NCBI GenBank assembly: GCA_045651685.1 | Contig: JAZRSV010000005.1 | Span: 13,592 to 77,591, forward strand | Length of the DNA: 64,000 bases | Direction of reading: 5' to 3' | Source: Clostridia bacterium | Lineage (GTDB): Bacteria > Bacillota > Clostridia > Christensenellales > UBA1242 | Shown: one piece after another, positions 49,035 to 59,553 of the stretch | Layout: each line of letters begins with the position of its first letter | How positions within the stretch are numbered: the stretch's first letter is position 1 | Made by a program: the position numbers and the translations under genes | Notes under the pieces: model-generated | Database searches by the model: none | What the model was told of the DNA's origin: nothing | What the model saw: the letters and a program-made list of their open reading frames with translations, nothing else

Positions 49035-50006
49035 ATGTCACAATCAAAAAACAAACAACTTGTATGCGTTGTTGTTATATTATTTGTTATTATTTTTATA
49101 GCAATAAACCCAGCAATATATACCAAGTCTGCATATAATGGCCTAGTATTGTGGGCAACAATTGTTTTGCCTAGTCTTTTGCCATTTTTCTTTTTTACAA
49201 AAATTTTGTCATACATGCCACAAGTATATACCCTAACAAAACCACTAAAAAAACCTATTGGCAAATTGTATAACTGTCCGCCGCCTGCAAGCTACATCTG
49301 TCTTATGAGCATTATATCTGGCTACCCCGTAGGAGCTAAACTTACGAGCGAATTTTATAAAAACAATCTCATATCCAGCGCTCAAGCACATCGCATTATT
49401 AGTTTTTGTTCTACATCTGGTCCTTTATTTATTATAGGCAGTGTCGGCGTTAGTCTTTTTTGTAGCAAGACTTGTGGTTTTGTAATATTTGCATCACACA
49501 TTATAGCTTCTTTATTAAACGGCCTTATTTATCGCAAATATAAGCTTACCGACAACAACGACCTTTTACCTACAATAACAACCAGCAACAATATACTTAA
49601 CGATAGTATGTACAACACTATAGTATCTACTATGCTAGTTGGCGGTTTTATATCAATATCGTTTGTTATGATAGATATGCTTAACAATATTGGACTTTTG
49701 ACGCCTATAAATTATGTTTTATCGCCTATTACATCTACTTTTGGCATAACAAGTTCTGCCGTGACTAATGGACTGTTAGAGGTCACTAGAGGCTGTGTAG
49801 ATCTTTCTACTCAAAACATTAATCCTTACCTTTTAAGCATTGTTAGCTGCGGTCTTATATCATTTGGTGGTATATCTGTACACTTACAATCGTTAGTGTT
49901 CTTGCAAGAGTGCAAAATAAAATACCGATATTTTTTGCTAACAAAAAGCACACACGCCATCTTATCAATAGCAGTGTGTGCTCTACTTGGTATAATTTTT
50001 ATCTAA
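49035..50006 (+). CDS. ylbJ: Sporulation integral membrane protein YlbJ
   Basis: GL.LW...VLPSLLPF, SGYPVGAK, SGPLFIIG.VG, GLLEVTRG, FGGISVHLQ. Confidence 0.9.
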   Translation: MSQSKNKQLVCVVVILFVIIFIAINPAIYTKSAYNGLVLWATIVLPSLLPFFFFTKILSYMPQVYTLTKPLKKPIGKLYNCPPPASYICLMSIISGYPVGAKLTSEFYKNNLISSAQAHRIISFCSTSGPLFIIGSVGVSLFCSKTCGFVIFASHIIASLLNGLIYRKYKLTDNNDLLPTITTSNNILNDSMYNTIVSTMLVGGFISISFVMIDMLNNIGLLTPINYVLSPITSTFGITSSAVTNGLLEVTRGCVDLSTQNINPYLLSIVSCGLISFGGISVHLQSLVFLQECKIKYRYFLLTKSTHAILSIAVCALLGIIFI

Positions 50007-50820
50007 ATATATAATTTGCAAAAGCTTGTTTTAACTCTGCAAGTGTATCTCTTAAATACTTGTCATTATCAACAACTTCGTTTAGCGAAATAATAAGGCC
50101 GTTAATAATAGCCATTTCTTCTATTTGACAAGCTCTAATCAAAGCGTCCAAAATCATGCGGATATTGTCGCGTTTTGTTTCTTTTTTGATATAGCCAAGA
50201 TCTTGTTGCATCTCTTTAGCATAACCAATCATCTTTTCACAAAACTCTTGCATTGGTGTTTTTGGTTCTTCGATTTCTTCTTCTGGCTCTTCTTCGACAA
50301 CAGTTGCCAAGATTTCTCTTTCTTGTATTCTGATATCAATAATATTAAGCTCTGGTTTTGCAGCTGGTTTTTCTTCTTCGACAACACTTGCACCAAACTT
50401 GCTAGCTACACTATCTCTAAAAGGTACGATTATTTCGCTTGCAAATCTGTCATATTGTTCGTTTTGGTTGTTAGCAAAAGGAAATTGAGTTCTTAAAAAA
50501 CAATCAAAATCAATGCCTTTGCTATCTATCTGAACAAGTATGCAAAATACCAAAGGAATAATGATGTTGTCATCTTTTGGAAGCTTAAAAGATCCACCAT
50601 CAACAGCATTTTTTACGCAGCATTTTTTTAGCTCTGTCTCAAAGTCAAAGTTAATCATATGCTCTGCCAATAAATTATAAACACACTCGCTCTCTGCAAT
50701 AGCTTTTAGAATGTTAGCAAGTTTGATATCAGTTAGTATAAATTTACCTTTAATAAAGCTGTTGCAAGCAGATATAAAGTTTTTTACTTGTAGTTGTTGC
50801 TCTTGATTAAGTTGTTCCAT
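49999..50820 (-). CDS. Hypothetical helical protein with an acidic linker
   Basis: 273-aa ORF with GAGGTG RBS; no motif recognised. Confidence 0.75.
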   Translation of the reverse strand: MEQLNQEQQLQVKNFISACNSFIKGKFILTDIKLANILKAIAESECVYNLLAEHMINFDFETELKKCCVKNAVDGGSFKLPKDDNIIIPLVFCILVQIDSKGIDFDCFLRTQFPFANNQNEQYDRFASEIIVPFRDSVASKFGASVVEEEKPAAKPELNIIDIRIQEREILATVVEEEPEEEIEEPKTPMQEFCEKMIGYAKEMQQDLGYIKKETKRDNIRMILDALIRACQIEEMAIINGLIISLNEVVDNDKYLRDTLAELKQAFANYIFR

Positions 50821-51085
50821 CTTTCACCTCAAAATTTTATTTATAAATAAAATATATCATACAACCTTGCAAAAGTAAAACAAACAAAAGCATTTGCTTT
50901 ATTAAAATTTTTTGTCGCAAAAACCAGTATTTTTTGATTATTTGTCAAAAAATATTGCTAAATCTTGCACAAAAATAAAAAATTTTTTATACATAATTGT
51001 TAAACAATATCTAAAAACTGCTCAAAAACATTGTAAAGCAGACAAATATGTGTTATACTTTGGGCATAAGGGGAAATTTTGCAAT

Positions 51086-51661
51086 ATGGATTTTGTCGCA
51101 GATGCAATGGTAAACAAGTTAATATTGTTGTTTGTGTTAGACAAGATGGAGATACCACTAACCGAAAACTCTATCATCGACATATGCACTAGCAGAAACG
51201 GCTGGATCAATTATATGGACTGCCAAGAAGCTCTATATCAACTACTTGATGCAAAATTTATCTACAAAACAGTGAGCGAAGGCTCAAAATCAATAAAAGA
51301 AAACGGCGAATATACAAAAGAATCTGTATACAATATCACCTACGATGGCAGAAATTGTATTTCTCACTTTTTTAACCGTGTACCTCAAAGCTTGCGCGAA
51401 GAAATATCTGGTTTTGCCAAACAAAATCGTATGATATTTAAGCGCAGTCAAGAATATGTTAGCGACTACTTTAAGAATACCGAAGATGGTTCTCATACTA
51501 TCGTTTTGAGAATAAAAGAACCTCTTATCAACCAACCTATGTTTGAGATAAAGATAAAGGCTCCTACCAGAAACGCAGCGGTTAATGCTTGCAAAAAATG
51601 GCGTGAAAAAGCACCTAACATATATGAATTTATATACGAAAATCTTATTGATAATACATAA
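51086..51661 (+). CDS. DUF4364-like (winged-helix) protein
   Basis: NKLILLFVLDK..IPLT, WINY, Y.IT..G, A...C..W...A..IY; promoter TTGTAA-17-TATACT and AAGGGG RBS. Confidence 0.75.
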   Translation: MDFVADAMVNKLILLFVLDKMEIPLTENSIIDICTSRNGWINYMDCQEALYQLLDAKFIYKTVSEGSKSIKENGEYTKESVYNITYDGRNCISHFFNRVPQSLREEISGFAKQNRMIFKRSQEYVSDYFKNTEDGSHTIVLRIKEPLINQPMFEIKIKAPTRNAAVNACKKWREKAPNIYEFIYENLIDNT

Positions 51662-51763
51662 GAAATGCAAAAAACCTACCAAAATGGCAGGTTTTATTTT
51701 TTTACATAGAATTCTTGCAAATCATCTAAACACAAACTACAATACAAAAGGTAAAATATCAAT

Positions 51764-51797
51764 AAAAAAACAACCTAAATTGCTTTAGGTTGTTTTT
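51764..51797. terminator. Terminator after valS (bidirectional)
   Basis: AAAAAAACAACCTAAA-ttgc-TTTAGGTTGTTTTT. Confidence 0.8.
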
Positions 51798-51802
51798 GTT
51801 TT

Positions 51803-54424
51803 TTATAAAGCTTTTATTGCGTCTTGAATAGTTTGTTTTAACTCTTCATTTTTTTGCAATTTAATTTTTTCTTGCTCAATCATTGCTGCAGGAGCTTTGT
51901 TAACAAAGCCTGGGTTTGACAACATTTTTTGACTACGAGCAATTTCGAACTCAACTTTTTCTAACTCTTTGTTTAGTCTTTCTAGCTCTTGTTTGCTATC
52001 AACCATACCACTCATTGGCAAGAAAATTTTTGCTATACCAAATACTATTGTCACACAAGTTTCGTCAATTTGAGACTCTCTATCAATAAATGAAATTTCG
52101 CTTGCTGTTGATAGTTTTTGAATATACAAAGAAGCTTCTTTTAGTAATTTTTCTTCTTTGATAGGCAATACAACTATTCTTATCTTTTTGTTGTCTGCAA
52201 TATTCTTTTCGCTACGAGCATTACGAATAGCCTTGATTATTGACATAATTTGAGCCATGTTTCTAGAAGCTCTAGTGTTAGATAGTTTTTCGTTAACAGT
52301 TGGCCAATTTGATATAACAATACTTTCGTCATGTATTGGCAATGACAAATAAATTTCTTCTGTTATAAATGGAATAAATGGGTGTAATAGCTTTAGAAGA
52401 ACTGTTAATACATATATCAATGTAGATGCTGTAGCATCTTTTACTTCTTGAGTACCATTTGCCATTTGAGTTTTTGTAAGTTCAATATACCAGTCACAGA
52501 ACTTGCTCCAGAAGAAATCATACAACTCACTAGCAGCCATACCCAAATCGTATTTTTCAAACTTTTTGTCTATGCTCTTGATTAGCTTGTTAAGTTCTGT
52601 CAAAATCCACTTGTCAGCAAGTGAAAATTCTTTTACTTCTTCGATAGGTTTTACTGTGCAGTTTTCTGCTTGCATCAATACAAAACGGCTAGCATTCCAA
52701 ACTTTGTTAATAAAGTTGCGGCATAGTTCTACCTTTTTGTGAGAGAACTTGCTATCCATATCGATAGAAACACCGTTAAACAATGAGAATCTCAAAGTAT
52801 CAACACCGTGTTCTTCAATAATACCAACAGGGTCTACACCATTGCCCAAGCTCTTGCTCATCTTTTTGCCGGTAGCATCTTTGATAGTACCGTTGATAAG
52901 AACTTCTCTAAAAGGTATGTCGCCTCTGTATTCTAGACCACTAAATATCATACGAGCAACCCATAGTTGGATAATCTCTTGTGCAGTAACCATAACATTG
53001 GTTGGATAGAAATAATCTAACTCTGGAGTTTTTTCTGGATAGCCCAATGTAGACAATGGCCACAATGCAGAGCTAAACCATGTATCAAGTGTATCTTCGT
53101 CTTGAGTAATATTCTTTTTGCCACATTTTGGACAAACTTTTGGATCTTCTAATTCACAAATTACTTCGCCACAGTCTTGGCAAGTAAAGATAGGTATACG
53201 GTGACCACTCCACAATTGTCTAGAGATACACCAGTCTTTAATATTTTTCATCCAATGAAGATAAATTTTCTTAAATCTTTCTTCAGTAAAGTGTACTGTA
53301 TCTTCTTCTACAACCTTAATAGCTGGTTTTGCAAGTTCTTCCATCTTAACAAACCATTGGCTAGAAATAAGAGGTTCGATAACAGTTTTGCATCTATCAC
53401 AATGACCAACATTGTGAGAATAATCTTCGATACGAACTAGGTTGCCAAGTTCTTGCAAGTCTTTTACAATTTGCTCACGAGCTTTTTCTCTAGTAAGACC
53501 TTTGTAAGCACCTGCATTGTCATTCATAGTGCCGTCATCGTTAAGTATACAGATAACTTCTAGATTATGTCTCAAACCAACTTCAAAGTCGTTAGGATCA
53601 TGAGCAGGAGTAATTTTTACTACACCTGTACCAAAATCCATCTCAACATAATCATCAGCAACTACTGGTATTGGCTTATTTAGTATTGGCAATATAACAT
53701 TTTTGCCAACCAATTTTTTGTATCTATCATCGTTAGGGTTAACAGCAACAGCTGTATCGCCAAGCATTGTTTCTGGTCTAGTTGTTGCAATTTCGATATA
53801 ATCGTTAGTACCTTCTATTTGGTATCTAATATGCCAGAAATTACCTTTTAGCTCCTTAAAGTCTACTTCGATATCAGATATAGAGCTACGGCAATGTGGG
53901 CACCAGTTAACTATACGCTTACCACGATAGATAAGACCTTTTTTGTACAAGTGTACAAAAACTTCTCTAACTGCTCTGCAGTTTTGCTCGTCCATAGTAA
54001 AACGCAATCTATCCCAATCGCAAGAATATCCCATACGCTTAAATTGATTAATAATAGTACCTTTGTACTCTTGGTACCAATCTTCGATATGTCTTAAAAA
54101 CGCCTTACGACCGATGTCTTCTTTTTTGATACCTGCTTGAGCAAGCTTTTCTACAACCTTTGCTTCGGTAGCGATAGCTGCATGGTCTGTACCAGGTAGC
54201 CAAAGCGCTTCATAACCTTGCATACGCTTGCGGCGAATAATAATATCTTGAATAGTTTGTTGAAAGGCATGACCCATGTGCAATTTGCTAGTGATGTTTG
54301 GTGGTGGCATAATAATTGTAAATGGAGTTTTATCCTTATTTACACTTGCCTTAAAATAACCTTTACTCAACCATTTTTGATAAAGCTTTTCTTCAAAATC
54401 CTTTGGATTATAATTCTTTTCCAT
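51803..54424 (-). CDS. valS: Valine--tRNA ligase
   Basis: PPPNIT..LHMGH, GTDHA, TTRPET, DWCISRQLW, KMSKS, C-terminal coiled coil. Confidence 0.98.
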   Translation of the reverse strand: MEKNYNPKDFEEKLYQKWLSKGYFKASVNKDKTPFTIIMPPPNITSKLHMGHAFQQTIQDIIIRRKRMQGYEALWLPGTDHAAIATEAKVVEKLAQAGIKKEDIGRKAFLRHIEDWYQEYKGTIINQFKRMGYSCDWDRLRFTMDEQNCRAVREVFVHLYKKGLIYRGKRIVNWCPHCRSSISDIEVDFKELKGNFWHIRYQIEGTNDYIEIATTRPETMLGDTAVAVNPNDDRYKKLVGKNVILPILNKPIPVVADDYVEMDFGTGVVKITPAHDPNDFEVGLRHNLEVICILNDDGTMNDNAGAYKGLTREKAREQIVKDLQELGNLVRIEDYSHNVGHCDRCKTVIEPLISSQWFVKMEELAKPAIKVVEEDTVHFTEERFKKIYLHWMKNIKDWCISRQLWSGHRIPIFTCQDCGEVICELEDPKVCPKCGKKNITQDEDTLDTWFSSALWPLSTLGYPEKTPELDYFYPTNVMVTAQEIIQLWVARMIFSGLEYRGDIPFREVLINGTIKDATGKKMSKSLGNGVDPVGIIEEHGVDTLRFSLFNGVSIDMDSKFSHKKVELCRNFINKVWNASRFVLMQAENCTVKPIEEVKEFSLADKWILTELNKLIKSIDKKFEKYDLGMAASELYDFFWSKFCDWYIELTKTQMANGTQEVKDATASTLIYVLTVLLKLLHPFIPFITEEIYLSLPIHDESIVISNWPTVNEKLSNTRASRNMAQIMSIIKAIRNARSEKNIADNKKIRIVVLPIKEEKLLKEASLYIQKLSTASEISFIDRESQIDETCVTIVFGIAKIFLPMSGMVDSKQELERLNKELEKVEFEIARSQKMLSNPGFVNKAPAAMIEQEKIKLQKNEELKQTIQDAIKAL

Positions 54425-54557
54425 ATATTTTCTCCCAAATTGATTACATATACTGTTTTACCAAAAAAACAGTCAATATGTCAATCAAACGACTATTGTT
54501 ATATTAATAAAATAAAAAAAAGACGCAGGCTTTTTGCCGCGTCTAAAATTTGTACAA

Positions 54558-54788
54558 TTATTGAATGACTTGAACTATCATACCTGCAACTACAAGTATA
54601 AGACCTATCATCTTAAGAGTCACATATAGTCTGTCATTATCATCAACATCATCAGTTTTTCTAACAGCGACTGTAAACCTTTTTGCCAAAAAAATCACAC
54701 TCAAGCCCACGACGGCAAGAATAATGCCAATGATGACATTGACTTGATTTAATCTAGTTAATAAATCTACAAATGCTAATAAACTCAT
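54558..54788 (-). CDS. Small two-TM membrane protein
   Basis: Two hydrophobic segments, GGAGAG RBS, own terminator near 54514-54544. Confidence 0.75.
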   Translation of the reverse strand: MSLLAFVDLLTRLNQVNVIIGIILAVVGLSVIFLAKRFTVAVRKTDDVDDNDRLYVTLKMIGLILVVAGMIVQVIQ

Positions 54789-54942
54789 AAAACTCTCTCC
54801 TAAATTACAACACTATTATATCACATAAAATAAAAATTTCAATACCTTTTTTACATCAAAATTTTTATTGTTTTTTTTCAAAATTTAACACAAGTCAGCC
54901 CTTTTGAATATTATAACTATATATCAACAAAAGGAGGATTAA

Positions 54943-55953
54943 ATGAAAAAGTTTGCATGTTTGATACTGGCTGTGTTTTTTTGTACATCAATGGTAATGT
55001 ATGGCTGTGGCAAAAAAGACGATAACAAAATAAGATTAGTCGAAGTAACCCACAGTATTTTTTATGCCCCATTATACATTGCAATAAATAATGGCTACTT
55101 TGAAGACGAAGGTCTAACGATCGAATTGTCTAATGGTGGTGGCGCAGACAAATGTATGACTGCTATATTAAGCAACAGTGCCGATATCGGTCTTATGGGT
55201 CCAGAAGCCTCAATATATGTAAAGGCAGGCAACGCAAATGACTATGCTGTTATATTTGGCCAACTTACAAAAAGAGATGGTTCTTTCTTGGTATCAAAAA
55301 CACCTACAGACAACTTTGCTTGGAGTGACCTAATTGGCAAAACAGTTATTGGTGGCCGTGAAGGTGGCGTACCAGCAATAACCCTAGACTATGTCATGAA
55401 GCAAAATGGCCTAAACCCTGGCGCAAGCATAGACGAAACTCACGATGTAAAAGTTTTAAGCAACATAGAGTTTAACCTAACAGCATCAACTTTTGAAAAC
55501 GACTCAAGTATAGACTACTGCACATTGTTCGAACCAGTCGCAAGTCAAGTAGTTGCTCGTGGCACTGGTTATGTTGTAGCTTCTGTCGGAGAATATAGTG
55601 GCGAAATACCTTATACAGCTTTTGCTGCAAAAAAGAGTTATTTGACAAGCAACCCAGAGCGTGCACAAAAATTTTTGAGAGCTGTACAAAGAGGCTACGA
55701 ATTTTTGACTAAAGAAGGCAACCTAGAAAATGCTGTCGACAGTATTATGCCATCTTTTGCAGATACATCTAGAGATGTTATAAAATCATCATTGCAACGC
55801 TACATCTCAATAGATGCGTGGACTGATAATAGAGTTATGAAAGAAAGTTCTTACAACACTCTTCATTCTTTAATATCTGCTGCAGGACTAATAACTAACG
55901 CAGTTGACTATGCTAGTATTGTTGACAACACCTATGCGCTTGCAATAGCATAA
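54943..55953 (+). CDS. ABC substrate-binding lipoprotein, NitT/TauT/SsuA (YtlA-like)
   Basis: Lipobox-like YGC; EVTHSIFYAPLYIA...GYF.DEGL, GGADK, QLTKRDGSFL. Confidence 0.9.
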   Translation: MKKFACLILAVFFCTSMVMYGCGKKDDNKIRLVEVTHSIFYAPLYIAINNGYFEDEGLTIELSNGGGADKCMTAILSNSADIGLMGPEASIYVKAGNANDYAVIFGQLTKRDGSFLVSKTPTDNFAWSDLIGKTVIGGREGGVPAITLDYVMKQNGLNPGASIDETHDVKVLSNIEFNLTASTFENDSSIDYCTLFEPVASQVVARGTGYVVASVGEYSGEIPYTAFAAKKSYLTSNPERAQKFLRAVQRGYEFLTKEGNLENAVDSIMPSFADTSRDVIKSSLQRYISIDAWTDNRVMKESSYNTLHSLISAAGLITNAVDYASIVDNTYALAIA

Positions 55954-55957
55954 CAAC

Positions 55958-55994
55958 AAAAAAAGACTTTGCTAATTAGCATGGTCTTTTTTTT
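55958..55994 (+). terminator. Terminator between the binding-protein and ATPase genes
   Basis: AAAAAAGACTTTGCTA-at-TAGCATGGTCTTTTTTTT. Confidence 0.75.
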
Positions 55995-56074
55995 AACACT
56001 TTTTGCAAAGCGCAAATATAATGAAGTATACAGCACATAGCTGTAGTGCGATAAATATTTTTTAGGAGTACCCA

Positions 56075-56839
56075 ATGAAAACACTAGTAGAACTAGTAGA
56101 TGTCAAACTAACCTATCAGACAAAAAATAGCGAAACTCTTGCTATCGAAAACATCAATCTAAAAATAAAAGAAGGTGAATTTGTAGCAATTGTAGGCCCT
56201 AGTGGCTGTGGCAAAACTACCATACTATCACTCATTGCCGGACTAATCAAACCAACCCAAGGCAAAGTCTTAATTAACAACAAAATTAGTGACGGCAAGA
56301 GTGGTCTTACTGGATATATGTTTCAACACGACCACTTGTTCGGGTGGAGAACAATTTTGAAGAATATTACGCTAGGATTAGAGCTAAAAAAAGATAAGGA
56401 CAAAACTAGCTACGATTATGCAAAAAACCTCTTAAAAAAGTATGGTTTGAGTGATTTTGAGCAAAATTATCCCGCCGAACTATCGGGCGGTATGCGCCAG
56501 AGAGCCGCATTAATACGGACTTTAACGCTCCGACCAAGCGTTCTGCTATTGGATGAGCCATTTTCTGCTCTAGATTATCAGACAAGGCTTAATGTTTGCG
56601 ATGATGTGAGCAAAATTATAAGCCAAGAAGGCAAAACTGCAATACTTGTCACACACGATTTGAGCGAGGCAATTTCTATGGCAGACAGGGTAATAGTTTT
56701 GACAAAAAGACCTGCAAAAATAAAGAATATTTTTGACATCAATCTAAAAGATTTTGGTCCCCCACTAAAGCGCCGCGAACACCCAGAATTTGCAAAATTG
56801 TTTGATAAAATATGGAGGGAGCTAACCAATGAAAACTAA
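56075..56839 (+). CDS. NitT/TauT ABC ATP-binding protein (YtlC-like)
   Basis: GPSGCGKTT, LSGGMRQR, LLLDEPFSALD. Confidence 0.93.
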   Translation: MKTLVELVDVKLTYQTKNSETLAIENINLKIKEGEFVAIVGPSGCGKTTILSLIAGLIKPTQGKVLINNKISDGKSGLTGYMFQHDHLFGWRTILKNITLGLELKKDKDKTSYDYAKNLLKKYGLSDFEQNYPAELSGGMRQRAALIRTLTLRPSVLLLDEPFSALDYQTRLNVCDDVSKIISQEGKTAILVTHDLSEAISMADRVIVLTKRPAKIKNIFDINLKDFGPPLKRREHPEFAKLFDKIWRELTNEN

Positions 56840-57638
56840 CCCAGTATCAAAAGAAAGACAACTATACCTAAACAATATCAAACGAAAAAAAATATTTGTC
56901 ACTATTTGTCAGATATTGTTGTTAGTTGCAATATTTGGACTATGGGAGCTACTCACCTTTGCAAAAGTTTTAGACCCGTTTTACTTTAGCTCACCCTCTC
57001 GTATGGTTAACACTCTTGGCAATCTTATCAAAGATGGTTCGCTGTTTTATCACATAGGTATAACACTGTACGAAGCTGTTTTGGGTTTTGCCATTGCTAT
57101 GATAATTGGTTTTGCCATTGCAGTTGTTTTGTGGTGGAGCGAAACTATTCGCCACATACTAGACCCTTACATTGTAGTGCTTAATAGTCTACCAAAAATC
57201 GCACTTGGTCCTATTATCATTATTTGGTTTGGTGCTGGTACAAAAGCAATAGTTGTTATGGCAATATTGATATTAATTGTTATAACAATACTATCTACCC
57301 TAGCTGCCTTTATCAACTGCGACAAAGACAAGATATTACTAATGCAATCAATGAACGCAAGTAAGTGGCAAATATTTTTTAAGCTAGTTTTGCCCAATGC
57401 AATGCCAGAGTTTATTTCAATACTAAAGATCAATGTTGGCATGACTTGGGTTGGCGTTGTCATGGGAGAATATCTTGTAAGTAGCGCGGGCCTTGGTTAT
57501 CTTATTGTATATGGTGGTCAAGTGTTTAAGTTAGATCTTGTTATGGCAAGCACCCTAATACTTTGTTTGCTAGCTGGTGGCATGTATGCAATTGTCGCCT
57601 TTATAGAAAAGCGCTTTGGCAAAAATAAAAAATATTAA
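56829..57638 (+). CDS. NitT/TauT ABC permease (YtlD-like)
   Basis: FSSPS, LNSLPKIALGP, GEYLVSSAGLGYLI. Confidence 0.92.
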   Translation: MKTNPVSKERQLYLNNIKRKKIFVTICQILLLVAIFGLWELLTFAKVLDPFYFSSPSRMVNTLGNLIKDGSLFYHIGITLYEAVLGFAIAMIIGFAIAVVLWWSETIRHILDPYIVVLNSLPKIALGPIIIIWFGAGTKAIVVMAILILIVITILSTLAAFINCDKDKILLMQSMNASKWQIFFKLVLPNAMPEFISILKINVGMTWVGVVMGEYLVSSAGLGYLIVYGGQVFKLDLVMASTLILCLLAGGMYAIVAFIEKRFGKNKKY

Positions 57639-57660
57639 TCGCATAAAAAAAGAGATAATG

Positions 57661-59553
57661 TTAGTTATCTCTTTTTTGCATATTATTGTTAACTATATCT
57701 TCAAATACCAAATACTTATCAACATCCAAATTATAATATTTGCATATTGTTGCTTTGCTTGGTATTTTTGGGAACTCTCTAAATCTTATTATATCAGGGC
57801 TATCTAGTTTTTTTGCCTGTTTTTTTATTTCTTCTTTTTGTACCCTACGATACGAAAAGTACATGTTGACCAAATATGCTGCTATATAATATTTTAATTC
57901 TTCTTCGGTCATGTTTGATATTGCCAAATTGCGCAAAACAGCAAATTGACTTCTTGGCGTATCAACTATTTGCATAGAAGAACTAATATCGTCATGAGAT
58001 AGTATAAAGTCATATGCCAAGCACCATGCCTTATAAAATGTAGGATATACTTGTGATAAGTATAGTGGACTATAATATGTTATTTCACCATCGTTATTAC
58101 TACGATTAGTACAATCAAAAGGTATACGATGAAGTGTGTTGTTAGTCACAAACATAATCTTTGATCTATAATAGATAATATTTTCTAATTTTATCTTTAC
58201 TATTGTTTGCTTTATTTCATCATCAACATCTTTGCATAATAGTATATCTTCTATACAGTCTAGCACTTTGACATTTTTTATTGTTGCTACTTTTATCAAA
58301 AACAAATTGCGACTCTCACAGTATGGACTTGTCGCTGCCCAACCTATTAAGTCTAGGTTATTAACAACTGCCATCTCAAGTGCATCGCCTTGCAATGCAA
58401 CAATACTATTGATTAGTTCGTTGTATTTGTAGCTACTTTTTGTCTGAACATCAAAGGTATATTCGTACTTTTTGCCGGCAGCTTTTGCACATAGTTGCAA
58501 ATAATCTTTGTATATCAAATGATTATAAATATCTATATCAAGCAAATATTGTAGTTTTTGTTTTGCCAGTTCGTACTCTTGCAAGTTTAAGCATGCTATA
58601 GCATATAGCAATTGTGAACGCAAATCGTTAGGATGCTTTGCAAGATATTTTGCCAAAAATTCTCTACCTAGTGCATGCTCTTCTGTTTGACAAAAAACTA
58701 TACCCATCTTAAAGCACTGCTCTGTTGTAGGTTTTTTGATAGCAAGCAATGTCTTCTTTATTTCTTCAAAGTTTTTTTCATCTTCGATATCATAATAAAA
58801 TAACAACAAATTGTTATAATCTAAAAAAGACAACTCTTTGCTATTGGTGACAATGCTTATAGCTTTTTCTGTTTGATTGTCCAAAAAATAACTTATTGCA
58901 ATATCTGCTTTTGCCTTTGGATATTTGTCTAGGTCATAATGCTCTAATATCGCTATAGCTTTTTTGAACTCATTTCTTACCATGTGCATCTCGGCCATGC
59001 TAATATTAGTGTCAGTATAACCTTCGTGTATATATACCATAGCAGGTAGCAAAAAGCCATCTGGGGTGACAACCTTAAAATCTGTTATTATACTTGGCTT
59101 TTCGTCTCGTTGGTTATAGTCTATAGTTTTTAGATAATAATCATGCGAATAATTTGATATCGCACCCAATGTACTCAAAAATCCCAACAAGTATGGTTCT
59201 GTATTGCTACCGTCTTTTGATATTTGGTTCCACTTTAGTTTGTCAATAAGCATATTATCGCCAAGCGTCTTAAACAAACTATAGTGTACATATTCGAACA
59301 AATGTAGCTCGCCATAAAAACTAGCTAGTTTGGCATAATAGTTGACATGTTGTGGGTACAAATCATCAAGCCTGCCAAGAAATTCTTGCACATCATAGGT
59401 AGTTGCTGGCTTTTGACTATACATATCTTTTATAGCTCTTTTTAGCAATCTAATACCTTTTTGCCTATTTGATGCAAAGGTTTTTTCTGCAATTTTTATC
59501 AATGTATCTGAATTATTAAGTTGTGTTATCTTGCAAGTATTATTTTCTTCCAT
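57661..59553 (-). CDS. TPR-containing hypothetical protein
   Basis: TPR-like helix pairs (YAIACLNLQEYELAKQKLQYLL; MGIVFCQTEEHALGREFL). Confidence 0.7.
   Translation of the reverse strand: MEENNTCKITQLNNSDTLIKIAEKTFASNRQKGIRLLKRAIKDMYSQKPATTYDVQEFLGRLDDLYPQHVNYYAKLASFYGELHLFEYVHYSLFKTLGDNMLIDKLKWNQISKDGSNTEPYLLGFLSTLGAISNYSHDYYLKTIDYNQRDEKPSIITDFKVVTPDGFLLPAMVYIHEGYTDTNISMAEMHMVRNEFKKAIAILEHYDLDKYPKAKADIAISYFLDNQTEKAISIVTNSKELSFLDYNNLLLFYYDIEDEKNFEEIKKTLLAIKKPTTEQCFKMGIVFCQTEEHALGREFLAKYLAKHPNDLRSQLLYAIACLNLQEYELAKQKLQYLLDIDIYNHLIYKDYLQLCAKAAGKKYEYTFDVQTKSSYKYNELINSIVALQGDALEMAVVNNLDLIGWAATSPYCESRNLFLIKVATIKNVKVLDCIEDILLCKDVDDEIKQTIVKIKLENIIYYRSKIMFVTNNTLHRIPFDCTNRSNNDGEITYYSPLYLSQVYPTFYKAWCLAYDFILSHDDISSSMQIVDTPRSQFAVLRNLAISNMTEEELKYYIAAYLVNMYFSYRRVQKEEIKKQAKKLDSPDIIRFREFPKIPSKATICKYYNLDVDKYLVFEDIVNNNMQKRDN

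Noticed and set aside
54425-54557. T-box upstream of valS
   Set aside because: The spacer is about 130 nt, holds a terminator and promoter, and has no GGTGG.ACC motif.
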